Position numbers and translations under genes: made by a program. The notes under the pieces were generated by a model. The model worked only from the letters and a program-made list of their open reading frames with translations, was not told the DNA's origin and searched no databases. A stretch of 64,000 nucleotides of DNA from Paramecium tetraurelia (taxonomy: Eukaryota), in contig CT868418.1 of NCBI GenBank assembly GCA_000165425.1, positions 62,001-126,000 on the forward strand, given 5' to 3'. Below are positions 39,817 through 54,475 of this stretch, in pieces (position 1 is the first letter of the stretch; every line of letters begins with the position of its first letter).

Positions 39817-40938
39817 TCAAACTTGAATGTTGCTGAAGTCAGCACTTTCAACAACTGACAAAGCTTGCTCACTAATTCCAAGTTCTCTAGTGAACTCATT
39901 CTTTAAGTTAGTGTAGGTATCGGTTTCTTCAGCATAAGTGTTATTTTCTAATTCAAGTTCAGCAGTGTATTGTTTTCTGTCAGCTTCTCTTTGGTCTCTG
40001 AAATCACTTAATTAATCGATTTTTTCTAAAATAATTGATTATTTCATTACCATTTGTTGCAGTCAAATCAACATTAACTCTGTTGATTTATCTCTAGAAT
40101 TCAGCATACTCAGCATCTAATTATTCAAGGTATTCTTCGTGTTCAGCTTAGGCATCAGCTTCAGCAGCTGTTTAGGCATTGATTGAGTCAACAATAGCAT
40201 TTCTAAATTCATTAAGAGCACCAACTATTTAACCAATGATTCCTTAGTCTGAGAAGTTTTGGTTTGAAGCCAATGTGATAAGTGCCTTGATCATTGGAGC
40301 CATTCTAGATCTTGATTTGATCTTTTATTCAATGTTTTTCAAGGAATTTTAGAATCTCTTGATCTAAAGAAGAGATGGATTTGTTAATGAAGAAAGAAGG
40401 GCAAGTGCATCATCAACTGCTGCAGTGGCATCATTCAATTCTGCAATTTAGAATTCGAAATCTTCATGTTCTTATTCTCTTGTAAGAACAGCTTCATCAT
40501 AATTTTTTCTATTTGCCTCTTAGTTTTCTTAAATTTATTCAATTCTCACTTGGAGTTGTTCTCTTCTGGGGAATAATAAATTATCCAATGTGTCTTATGT
40601 ATTGTTAACATCTAAGAATGTATCATTAAAATACCGATCACAGCATCTTGAATGTCTTATTCATAACCGATGACTAATGAATTATGTTAATTAGTTCTTT
40701 ATTAGAAATTGAATTCAAGTTCTTCCAATTCCTCTTCAAGATCATTAATTAACTCTTCAATGGCGTCAATCAACTCTTAGACAGGACCACCAGCCATGGA
40801 ATGGAGTTCAACTAAATGAAGAAGGGCACTTCCATATGTGCTCTTTTTCAAATCTGTTGTAATTTTAGATAGACTTCTCTCTTGGACTCTAGCTGTGAAT
40901 GCAATTGCAATCAAGGCAATGAGGAACAATGATTTCAT
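39817..40938 (-). CDS. TMP: Trichocyst matrix protein precursor (highly expressed codon usage)
   Basis: MKSLFLIALIAIAFTA signal; STYGSALLHLVELHSMAG-GPVQELIDAIEELI processing-site pattern; ALITLASNQNFSDQG; acidic coiled coils; higher GC. Confidence 0.88.
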
Positions 40939-41016
40939 TAAAATAATATATGAAAAATGAACACAAAAAAAATGCTTAGATTACAACAAAAACGACTAGT
41001 CTTATTAATTAAATTA

Positions 41017-42157
41017 TCAATTAAAACCACTATCAGATTCCGTATCTGCAGCCAAATACTCACTGTTCCAATTCATTTTCTTCTTCTCTTCCAATTTCAA
41101 CAGCTTCCTGCTGACCTCTCTGCAAAATTCTAATTGGTATTATTATTATAAAATTTAAAATGGTTGCATTTCAGCTTTATTATTTTTTTTATTGCTTGAA
41201 GAAGTAGTCTTTCGTAGTACTTTTATCTCACTCCCTAACTTAATAATAAATAAATAATATATTACCTTGTATTTTCCATTAATCCCACCATTGATCGTTC
41301 TTTTACTCAAAGATGGACGACTTAAAGTAGACTCAGTTGTATTCATAAATTTTGCGTTTTCTTTCTATTTGAGTACGTCTTGGAATGACAAATATTGTTG
41401 TTCCTATTTAGGTTATTTTACATTCATTATCATTTGTAACCTTTTATCTTTAATTCTAAAATCATTTTATTCAAAAAATGAATTGGAGCATTCTCCTTTA
41501 GATTCTTGCTTTATGGTATCAATTTGACGTCTCTTTTCAATGATCTACTCGGATTGCTATTTTTTTAATTGCAATTTTTGCTTTCTTAATGACGACTAAC
41601 AATTTCTTAATTAAAATTATTCACACCATTTTATCAAACACCTGTAAAATAGAACAGACCTTGATTTCAATTTTAAAAACATTTCTAGAAATTAGAGATC
41701 TAATTAATTTGCTTAATTAGTTCTTAATATTAAGAAACCCTTAACTAAATCGTTGCTAAATCTGAAATTTATTAAATATTTATTACTTTTCTATATAATC
41801 GTCATTAAAATTATCATGATATTTTTTTGACTCAAATTAAATCATTATACAAAGCATTCTGAGTATTATTTGAAATACGTACACATCCTATGGAGATAGC
41901 AGATATGTATTATTTTTTTCAGCATCTTTGATCGCATAGATTTGATGTTCCAATAATTTTGTCAATATCAATAATTATTTGTGTGCTTACAACCGATTAC
42001 ATAATTTCCGGCAAAATTCAATCTATTCACATATCATCTCAACACACATTATTATGTTTTAATTATTACTCAATTGTACAAAGCATTCCTCCAATTTCTT
42101 TTGAACATAATTTGGCAAAGTCTATTCAACATAATAAGAGAAGATGCTGCAATTCAT
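41017..42157 (-). CDS. Hypothetical protein
   Basis: MNCSIFSYYVEQ start; multiple micro-introns splice in frame; ends ...EYLAADTESDSGFN*. Confidence 0.6.
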
Positions 42158-42792
42158 TGATTTGTTTGAATTTAAATAAAAATAATAACTAAAATAATCA
42201 AGATGTTAATGCTACTATAGTATTCATAAATAATTAAACATGATAAATTTCAAAATATCGATTAACTTAAAGAAACATAAAGATTTTATCTATATTTAAA
42301 ATAGATTACATTAAGTTCTAAAGTTTAAAATAATTATTTATTTATTCTTTTTTTATATTCAAACTTTTTCTCTAATAGTTTTAAATATATTCCCAAAACC
42401 ACTTTATTTTTTTGGTTTCTGAGATTATTATTAAACAATTGAGCTGAATGTTATTTATGTTAATCTTTTTTGGATAATATCTTTGTTTTATATTTATTAA
42501 GAAAGAATTTATTTCATCATTAAAATTTAGATATTTGATTTTATAATATCTATTCAATTAAGGAGTATTTTTAAAATTTAAGGATTAAAATAGTTAAGTT
42601 GATAATAGAAATATTGAATGCGCTTAACAAGTTACTGTATTTTATTCTATCAAAATATTCGTAAATATATTTTTCTTTATATATATAAAATATTTTTAGG
42701 TTAAATGAAAATAAATTTTCTTAAATTAATCGATAAATGAAAAAATTAAAGTAATATAGATTTGTAAATATTATTATATATTAATTAATCAA

Positions 42793-44468
42793 TCAGCCTA
42801 AGTATTATTGTATCCGTTTCAATATTTTTTAAGTTGACTCTTTACAAGGAACAGATAAGAAATTTTAAGCTGAAGTAGATTTTTAAATTTATTATTAATA
42901 AGGTCTAATTTTACCCTTTTTCAGTAGTTCTCTTAGATTATTACTTTACTATTTATCTAAATTCATTAACATAGGAAGGATATCAATATCATTACTAAAA
43001 TCCTTAGAAAAGCTTGGTTAGGATTAAGGTTGTTTTGGTAGCTTTGTCTTTATTCTTAGTCTACTTGTATTTCGAAATTAGCCACGATATGACATTATTT
43101 CTTGGTATTAATTTTTATCAAAAATATTTTATGATTAGGTAGGTCTGTGAGTTTTGAGTTATTGTTGTTGAAAATTCTATATTTTATTAATTTAGACATT
43201 GAATTAATACTTAATACTATTGGATTCTACTCGTTTTCTTTTTTATTAATCTATGAGTCTATTATTTAACCAATTGGATTTGATTTACTTCTTATTTAAT
43301 AGTTATTATTTGAACCAATGGTAACGTTAACATAACATATTTATATCGGTAATTTTAACCCCATACAATTTACATTTGGTTGTTGTAACACATTTGAATT
43401 AATATTAATGAGCATCAAATGATTCTTCTCCTAATAAACATCCTTGATTGACCCTAGCCAAAGCATTCTGATCATCATTAATTTAACATTCCCCTAAAAC
43501 GAGAACATATATGAATGTCAATTGTTACCCCTTTTAATAAATTGTGTTATTAGGATTGTATTTAAATTTTATAAATTTGCTCATCAAAGATTTTACAAGT
43601 TAATGCATCTCATTTTCTGATTCAGTAATTTCACTTACAAATCCAGCCTCTAATTATCTATATATTTTCGATTATCTTTAGATTTTGATTTGATTTTCTA
43701 CATTTTAATAATCACTTAAATTCATTTGAATGATTACACAATCAGATAGTGCAAGAAGCAATGTATTGTGTTTTTTCAATTGAAGATCATTGTTTAAGAG
43801 TTCTCCCTCTTTAAATTAATAGGTTTGTCTTGCATTGCAAACGCACTGATTTAATAAATATTAAAAGTATGAATCATTGTGCAGTTTAATTCCTTTTAAT
43901 AGTTGGTCCATTTCTGCATTTAATGCCTATAGGTATTATGGGGGTAATTGGGGATAACGGTTATGCCTTATGCTATTTGTTCTTTTCAATTCTACTTTTT
44001 ATGGTAAATCACAAACCTGTGCTCTACGCAATCTAGGTTGATCATTAATTGTAAAAGTTAATAAACCATTCTACTAGTATGCTGCAGTTACTCTTCTGCC
44101 TGGTCTTTCAATAAAAATATCAGATTTGTATTATTTCATAAGTATTTTTCTTTTGTCTTCTAATTCACCATCCGACATCTCTTGATACTATTGAATTGAA
44201 CCAGAATATAGGATCATTATTTTATCTTGTCTATCATTATATTTCCAAATCAATGAACCTTTATAATAAATGAATAAAAAGTACCAGACTCATAATTAGT
44301 CAATACTGCATTTTGGGCCATTATACGAAGCAAAGCTTTATAAAGCTTCGCTTTGGTTTGGCTGTGCAAAATATCAAAATATTACAAGCAAATCAACTGA
44401 TCTTCAATGGCTTAATGTTCTTTACGACATCTTTCTTCTGGGTCCTTCTGTAATAAGTATATTAACAT
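42793..44468 (-). CDS. Cyclic-nucleotide-binding-domain-like protein (start uncertain; may extend upstream towards ~45200)
   Basis: LLQKDPEER...YESG|SLIWKYNDRQDKIMILYSGSI and GQQFKEGELL...HNTLLALSDCVIIQM cNMP-fold-like segments; TGA 42793-42795. Confidence 0.6.
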
Positions 44469-45774
44469 ATAATTAATCAAGTAAAGTAATTAATATTATT
44501 TAGGAAATAAAACAAATAATTAGTTGATTTCAACCTAAAAAGTTACTCTTAATGGCTAACTATTAATTTATATTCAGTAACTTTTTAAATTGTGTTGAAA
44601 GACTTTCTTATAATAAAATTAATTTACATAGTTCAATCCAAATCAACTACGTGTAAATATTATTAACAGCGAATAAAATGTATTCTTTGTGGAATTAATA
44701 TAGATCCATATAAATTTGAAAATAATTTTTTACTTCTAAATTAAATATTTAATTTAGGATACCTTTATAATGTAATGGCAACCCTAATCTGAGAAGAAAA
44801 TCGTTGCCATTTCTAATGCATAAGATAAGGTTCAATCTATATCTTCCTTTGAATTTCTTTGGCAAGTTGTTTTTAGTTCACTTATATTTTAGACAGCATA
44901 TATTTAAATAATGTAGCCTTGTTTAACTACTTCTAATTATTAACCTAAAGATTTAGGTATTTTGCTGTAGGACTTTTAAAATAAGTTTAAGTAATTGTTA
45001 AGTGGACTAATTTCTGACCCATTTTTAAATTCATCTTAATTCTCAAGCTGTGATTTTTGATTGTTATCTATTTTATTATGATAATACTAATAAAATTTGA
45101 AATAATACTATGTTCAGCCAGTATATTTAAGATAATTTAAATTTAGAGAAATAAATTATAAGGTTTGCCAAATAATTAAAGAATTTAGATCTATTATTTG
45201 ATAATTTCATTCTTCCTTAATCATTTTAATTAATGAACTTATTATATCATATATTTTGGTTATTTCTTAGTTTTAATAGATTAATTAAATGGATAAATTA
45301 ATAATGTCATATATTATTGATATTAATTATTCTTTAGAATGATACTGAATTTATTTATAAACAATCTTCAGGTTTTTAGTGAGGATCTCTTAGAATATCT
45401 TAAGGAAATAATTAATTGAAAATTTTATAAGAATTTTCTTTTTGAAATACTAGCTATATTTATTATAAAATTAATGATTTCATAATTTGAAGAGAGTTAT
45501 TTGAAATCTACTACAGTAATATGTAATCATTTAACCAAATCTCATAAGGATGTATTTTCTTGCTAATGAATTTAAGTTCTATTTGGTTATGTCAATATTA
45601 ATGAATTCAATCTAAATCTTTGACTCTTAATAAATACTATCAAACTTAAGAATAGATTTGATGTATTCAATAATTGAAAATTATGAAACAATAGTGTTTT
45701 GTATTTATTTTATGTATGCTTATGAGTTGATATATTTAGGAGAAATCATATAATTATTTATTAATAATTTATTT

Positions 45775-46646
45775 ATGCCTATTGTATAAGGAAAAGCAAA
45801 ATTGTGGCATCCAACATAGGAGGAACAAGTAGATTATTGATAAATATTAAAAGGATGCATATGATGACAGAATGATTGCCAACATTGAATTGAAATCATT
45901 AGACTTTGATGATGAAAACTTTTCCCCAGTGTTTAATAGAAGCAAAAAAGAATTCTTCTTATCTGCAAGTGAAAAATATAAGAAGGATTTGTCAAAAGTA
46001 ATTATGAATATTAAAAATAACATAGTTGGCCAGACCATTTTAATAATATACTTGCGAAGAGTTCGTTAATAAATACATTTTTATCAAACCAAACCATACT
46101 TATTGGAGAGAATGGACAATTACTAAATGGTTGTCAGGATTTGGTTTGGGATATTTGGTTTTGAGAGAAGTATAAAAAAATTTGAATTTAGTTACCACTA
46201 CGTAATTTTTATGCAAGAGTTTTTGTTATGTGGATCTTCTTGGCCAAATTAAGTGATCACTTTACTTCAATTCTTCCATATCATGGAAAAATGGTGATAT
46301 CTACAGCACGTGATAGATTTTCTAAGTAAATCATAACAAATATCTTATAGCAAAGATATCAATCAATATCACAATGTTTGCAGTGCATTACACTTCTTGG
46401 AAATGCCAACCTTTTAGAATAGAATTTCAGAATCTCTTGCATGGAGAGCCAGACAACCAGCTCATTTATTATATAATGATACAAACTGGTGCTTACACAT
46501 TCTTAAAAGGTGGCATGGTCGTCCCACTCACATTGCTCATTGGGTATTCCTTTTTTTATATTTAACAGGATGGTACCTTCAATCAACCCTTGGAAAGATT
46601 AGCAGACCCATACCACAAAGATGCCCACTTTATCCATTGGATTTGA
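45775..46646 (+). CDS. Conserved-looking membrane protein, possibly a ciliate mitochondrial respiratory-complex accessory subunit
   Basis: Five micro-introns splice cleanly; two TM-like segments around LRE|LPLRNFYARVFVMW; Trp/His-rich C-terminus HW|DGTFNQP. The function is an inference. Confidence 0.6.
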
Positions 46647-46699
46647 GTATATGCATACATATAAATACAATTATTATTATTGTCATTATTATTATTATA

Positions 46700-48780
46700 A
46701 TGAGTGCTAGTGTTGCAGATGATATATCAGACAGAGAAATGATTGAATTTTCAGAGGATGAACATCTAACCTTCTTTTTCAATATTGACCAAGTAACTAA
46801 TCCAATCAATTCGAAGGTTTATGGAGAGATCCCAGGAGTTATATAAAATTATGGCACTTTTGCATAATCACTTTAAGTTTGTCGCTAGCTTTCCAATCTC
46901 ATCATTAAAAACTCTATAGCTGAAGCACAAGAGAGAGTAAGACTCTAATATTACTACTAAAGTTCATTGTCAGAAATATTCCAATTAATGCTATAAATGA
47001 AATTGAAGCTGAAACCAAGTTGTTGTTGAATGCTAAATTAAATGATGGGGGAATTGAAGTTGAATCCTGTGATTTAATTGAAGATCAAGAACCAGTATTT
47101 TATTATTCAATATTAAGGACCCTATCTTCTGTGATAGATGGAGAAGAAACAGAATTTAAATGATGATTGGTATTTTATATCACAATAAATCAAATAGAAG
47201 AGGAAACTCATGAAAATGAACAAAACGAAGAAAAGTTAACAACTGATCCCAATAAGAATATTTCTAAATCCAGACTCTATGATACCAAAAAATAAACTGT
47301 CCGACTTCCAACAACACCCTAACCACAACATTAGATTGAATCTAAAATAATTTAAATATTTTAAGAGGAATATGAAGATGAATTTGAAGATAAGTTAAGA
47401 AATGCTAAACTGTATGAAATGAAAAAGAAAAATGAAATTGAGTAAAAGAAAAAAGAAGATAAATTACAAAGTTAGGTAATTCTAAATACATTATTTGAGA
47501 TTGAAAAAAAAGATGGAGGAACACAGAAATACACTTATGATTTTGATGGCAAAATTCTATTGGCCAGAGCTGTTAAAATGGATAAACTGTAACCTACTAA
47601 TCAAAAATTGAAAGTGGAATTTAAAGAACCTTCAAAGCCTGATCAATAATAATAACCAACAAAAAAAGGTGGAAAGAGAGATTCTACCAAAATTAACAAG
47701 CCATTATGTCCTGAATAGGAGATACCAAATAGAGTATATTATTAACACATAAGGTTTTATAAGAACGCAAAGATGCTACAAAAGAAGTCATAGGAGATAA
47801 AGCATTAAGAATTGACAAAACATCTCTATTTCCTTATGAAGTCTTCACAATGAACAATGGAGTTAAATTGTACTTTGAGCATAAAATGAAGGAAGGAGTA
47901 AGGCATTAAATAAGTGATTCCGCAGAACATTTACAATATAAATTATCTGGCTCAAACCTACTCTCTGGAGATGATGCCTCTTAATTTGCCTCCTAAATTA
48001 GATTAACCAGAGCTGAATATTAATTGATAACTGATGCCAAGACTCTCCAAGCAACCAAATCCTAGTTTATGCCTAGTGAAACTATCAATGTTCCAGAACA
48101 TGATCAATAAAATACTCAATAATCCATTCTATTAAAGAAAAAATTAGGTGAAATTGGAAAATCTGAGTTCCCTTAAGATAATAAATAAGTTTAGTTTAAC
48201 ACTGGATCTAACTAATTACAACCTTTAAAAAAAGAAGTGCCTTCCTAACAAACTTCTCAAACAGAACGAATTCAATTAAAGAATGTCAAAATGATAGAAA
48301 ATTTAATAGTAACTGCACTACCTGATACTCCTAAATCATCCAAATAGGAAGCTCCTTTACCCTTAATTCCAGATGGAGTTTCAAAGTAATACAATTCTAA
48401 TCATACTAGGAATCCTATTGATGTTTTCAATTAATAGTTATTAACCTAAAAGGAATGGGGTAAACAAATGGGAGGTAAAACTACTTACTTTCCTCCAGTT
48501 AGACAATAAAAAAGATCGCTGGAAACCAAAGCTAAGAAAGGAAGTTTGGAATAAATGTAATATCAATCTATTAATATTGTAAAGGTATAAAATGCCAAGA
48601 GAAAGATTAGTAGCTTAGACTGGTAGAACAGCTATGAACTTTTATAAATCCAATTAGGACGGTAAATTATTATATGCTATATAAATAGGATAGAAGAATA
48701 TCACGAAATCTCTTAGTGAGGGATTGATGTAAACATTTTATACCACTCATTCTAAATTTAGTGATAAACTTAGATAATGA
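46700..48780 (+). CDS. Hypothetical protein
   Basis: MSASVADDISDRE start; long code-6 ORF with KYTYDFDGKILL motif; micro-introns; TGA 48778-48780. Confidence 0.7.
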
Positions 48781-48808
48781 TTTTATTATATTATTTATCA
48801 ATATTGAT

Positions 48809-48868
48809 ATAAAACATAGGTTTTCTTTTATATCATAAAACATAGGTTTTCTTTTATATTATAAAACA
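48809..48868. repeat. 26-bp tandem duplication (2.3 copies)
   Basis: ataaaacataggttttcttttatatc / ataaaacataggttttcttttatatt / ataaaaca. Confidence 0.9.
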
Positions 48869-49676
48869 AATCTGCCATCAAAAATGTTAATGATTAGGTT
48901 GCAATATGAGGCTTAATATTTTCATAGACAGATTAAAGAAAAAATCTAAATTATTCTAATACTTCTAACATCATTAATATAATTCCTAAATTTGTGGTTA
49001 AGAAAATAGATTTGTTTAGATTTTACAGACGTTAAATTATTAATAATATTGTTATTTAGTATAAAATTACAAATTTGATAATATTCAAGTTATTGAAAAT
49101 TTTAATAGAATTTAATTAAGAAGATATTCTTTCCTAAATTTATTTTAAAATGAATTTGATATTTTAATTTCTTTAAGATTTTTAGGATAATTAAAGAACG
49201 AGATAGTCAATCGGGTAAAATGCTTTATTTATTTATAAAAATCATTTAATTCTTCTTTGTTTGCATTGTCAGTTTAAATCAATTACTTTTTTTAATTGAA
49301 TGAAGAATTATTTCATTGTTGTTCATGCTATTTCTATCTATTTTATATTTGGCTTTTTATAGGTTATATATTTATTATTCTATACTAAGAATAGCAAAAG
49401 TTTATTTTATTTTAGATTCCTATTTTCCTAAATTTAACTTTTAACTTAAGAAACCTTTTATTGCTGATATGATGAGAGAATGTTACAATTTTGGAATTAA
49501 ATTTTTATTAAGCATTTCTAATCAAGCTTTCCTATTTACACTAATGAGAGGATTTGAATTACCCTTTAAAAAGTAATAATACTACAATCTGATTTCTTGA
49601 GCATTTTTCAAAGATTTGAGATGTCTAAAATAAATAAGAATTTGAAAAGCAATATAATTTTTATTATTAAAATAAA

Positions 49677-50467
49677 ATGAATTTGTTATAATTAATTGAA
49701 ATTGAAAGTAAATTTGAGCATCTTTCTATCATTCCAATTTTCGATGAAATTCTAAAGTACACATTAAGTTTAATAAGTGGTGGAATATAAACTGGAATAT
49801 TGACAGAATTATACGGTGAGGCAGGTTGTGGTAAGACGCATGTTTGCATGACTTTGATGATTAATACAATAATAAATTATAAAACTTCGAGAGTGATTTA
49901 TATTAGTACGGCTAAACAATTACAACAAGATCGTTTTAATCAGCTATTATGTAAAATTAGTTATGTTATTGGGAATTAGAATATCGCGTGGGTAAGAAAT
50001 CTAAAGATAAGTTTACTAATTTATTTAACAAATGTATTATACAACACTTAAATAATACTAAATTTATGGATGAATATATTTATGAACAACTACCTACTTT
50101 ATTGGAACAATACTAATTCAAATTAATTATTATTGACAATATTACAACCTATTTGCAGGAATTGTAATTAACCTTAAATCAGATGCAAAAAACATCAATA
50201 CTAAAGAAATTCTCAAACCATTTTAGAAAATTAGCGAAAAAACACAATATCGCTGTGGTTTTTGTTAATAATGTAGTTTCATCAACTTAAAATAACAAAT
50301 TGTATCCAGCCTTGGGGATAAAGTGGTCCGAGATGATTGATGAGAGAATATAGGTAGAAAAAAAAGGAATGATTCGACATTTTAGAATTGATATATCTCA
50401 TCGTGTTGCATTAGATGATGCCGCATTCACTATACAGGAAAGTGGAATCTACCCTTAAGTTGATTGA
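49677..50467 (+). CDS. Rad51 paralog, XRCC3/Rad57-like, lacking the N-terminal HhH domain
   Basis: GGIQTGILTELYGEAGCGKTHVC (Walker A), LIIIDNI (Walker B), VVFVNNV, LYPALGIKWS. Confidence 0.8.
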
Positions 50468-50913
50468 TTACAGCTTTATAAACTAAACAAAAAATTAATA
50501 TATTCTCTTATTTTTAAATATAGATATCGATGCAAGAGAGTTTATGAACTCACTTACATTTTGATATTTTAGCCTGGTTAATAGATATAAGCTAGATTTC
50601 AAGTTATTAATTGGTTGAAATTTGAAAACTAAAATATCAAGCTTAACTAATTTTTTAGTAAGAAAATAAAACACATAGTTAATATCTTCAGAATGAAAAT
50701 ACTAATTTTAATATAATTATATATTATGATATGGGTAATCATTATAAATTACATTAAATAAAATTATCCTTTTTTTTAGAGAATATATTGAATAATTTTA
50801 ATATAGTAATTACATGAGGAATAATTTTGAATTTAGAATACTAATTAAAATGATAAAATAATGAATATGAACATTAATGTATTAATTTATGGAATAATAT
50901 GTAATAGATTTTC

Positions 50914-51699
50914 TCAGTCTCTATTTGCTATTAAATTCAAATAATGATCAACTTATTCGTTTGTTAATTTATGGAACTTCTTATCTTATTTGGTCACGAT
51001 TCCTACTTCAATGTCAGTGGGCTTAAAGTCTTATGAAATGACCTAAGTTATAAAATAGAGTCTACATTTTATAATGTTTATATAGCAAGCATAATGGTTT
51101 CATCATAATTTAAATCTGCCTTTTTTTTGATTTGTTTTTCCAAGTAGTTGATTGCTTCTTGTTCTTTGACTCCACTAGCAGTTGCCTTGTATCCACTGTA
51201 ATGTCCTGATGGGTCGAGTTTATATAACAATGGACCCAATTCATCATCATATTGACACAAGATAGTCTCAACACCATATGATCTCATTTAATAATATTGA
51301 GTATTGGTTTATGCTAAATCAGCCATTCTCTTTGATAATACATCAACAGGACAGTAGTAACCTAAAAGCATGACCAATGATGATACCATTTTTTAATCTG
51401 AATTCTCCTGCTTCATATCTCATTCTTGTAACAAGAGCTCTTGCATCTGATGGTATGCCTGTAGTCAAAGCACCAATCTTCTCTGAAACATTGAATAGAT
51501 TTGTGACAGACTTCTCGTCAATTAATTTATCTGGCACTCTTTTTTCTGTAATCAAACAAACTGTGTCTGTGCCTTTGACTCCTATTGATGTCAATCCACT
51601 AGTTTTCACGGCTTTGAAAGCATATTCCACCTAGTACAATCTACCCTCAGGTGAAAAGAGTGTGATATAGAATTCATGACCTTAGCTTCCTCTACTCAT
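50914..51699 (-). CDS. PSMA6: 20S proteasome subunit alpha type-6 (alpha1)
   Basis: ITLFSPEGRLYQVEYAFKAV; GLTSIGVKG; KVPDKL-like KRVPDKL; YKLDPSGHYSGYKATASGVKEQEA. Confidence 0.95.
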
Positions 51700-51738
51700 T
51701 TTAATTAAATTATCCTAATCTCGAAAATTAAATAATAA

Positions 51739-53294
<1,556 letters not shown>

Positions 53295-53733
53295 TTATAT
53301 TATTATTAATTTTTTTATTTAAAGGAAATAATAATGTATTGAATTTTATTTGAGAAACAAGCCTATATCCTATACAATCCAAATTTATCTAATCTCTAAT
53401 TCTAAAGTGAAAAAGTGTTATCTGTAATCAATAAATTCATTAAGTGTTAAACAACAGTTTCAGAAAAACAATTAATTATGAACCCTTCGTATAAAGTTAT
53501 TAAAAAAACTAAACATATAATCATAGATATTAAATTTTCATATCACACTATATTTATAAATACGATTTTAACCAAAAACCTAAACAGTATGGTTGACCAA
53601 AACTTTTGCCATTTAAGAACGCACTGATGTTTTGATTCAATTATATAGAGAGAATTTCCTATTTAAATTGCTAATTTAAAAAGAACTCAGTTGATTGTAA
53701 TGAGAAATGTGGAAGTGAATTTATGATATAATT

Positions 53734-53973
53734 TCAAATGATTGTACATCCGCATGTTTATTTTGTTTCTTGATTCGGTGATTCCATATTATAACTTTTC
53801 CAACTTTCTACTTCATGCACTTAAACAAGAGAGTGTTTTTAATCAATCTCATCAATAAATGAAATTCGATGTTTCTTGGATCCTTAAATTATATTACTTT
53901 TAAATTTATCTTATCTTTGAATAGCCAATTCTTTTTTTGATCCTTTCATTATACCATTTTTTTTTGTATCCAT
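53734..53973 (-). CDS. 79-aa protein with an RVxF-like motif and C-terminal CaaX
   Basis: Intronless: ...KKHRISFIDE...VHEVESWKSYN...QTCGCTII*. Confidence 0.72.
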
Positions 53974-54475
53974 CAAATTATTAATAATAATATAAATGAT
54001 CTAATTTTTAATATAAAATCATGAAGGAATTTTAGTTTTATAATTTTTTCGCAACTTCCTTCAAAGTGTTTTACTTCTAGTTTTTATATTTGTGAACTCC
54101 GAGTCTAATTTTCTCCAATAATACCACATTTTTAACATGAAAAGCTTTGATATTTTATTATTACTTTAATAAAAATTAATATATATATAAGAATATTCTT
54201 AAAGGGTTGATTGAGATTCTTCTATTAATTTTGGAGATCATCTCTCGGCAATAAAAGATAGGAGTAAAATTATATAGCTTATCAATAAATTGCTATAGAG
54301 TTAGAGCAAAATCAAGTTTGGTAAACTGTTAAATGCCCATAAGGAATTCTAAAGATAGATTATAATTATTTCCATATTTTCTGTGTAAAGCAAATGAATT
54401 CACTTTAAAGATATTAATTTTATAAATTAATAATTAAAATTAAAAATTGTTTGAATTAAAACTATCTAAAAATAA

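Noticed and set aside
44530..45211. Minus-strand open frames upstream of the cNMP-like gene
   Set aside because: Two frames are open and I could not decide whether this is a separate gene, a 5' extension or a relic.
49470..49591. ATGATGA...CTGA resembling a box C/D snoRNA
   Set aside because: No terminal stem or recognisable rRNA-antisense element; such motifs arise easily by chance.
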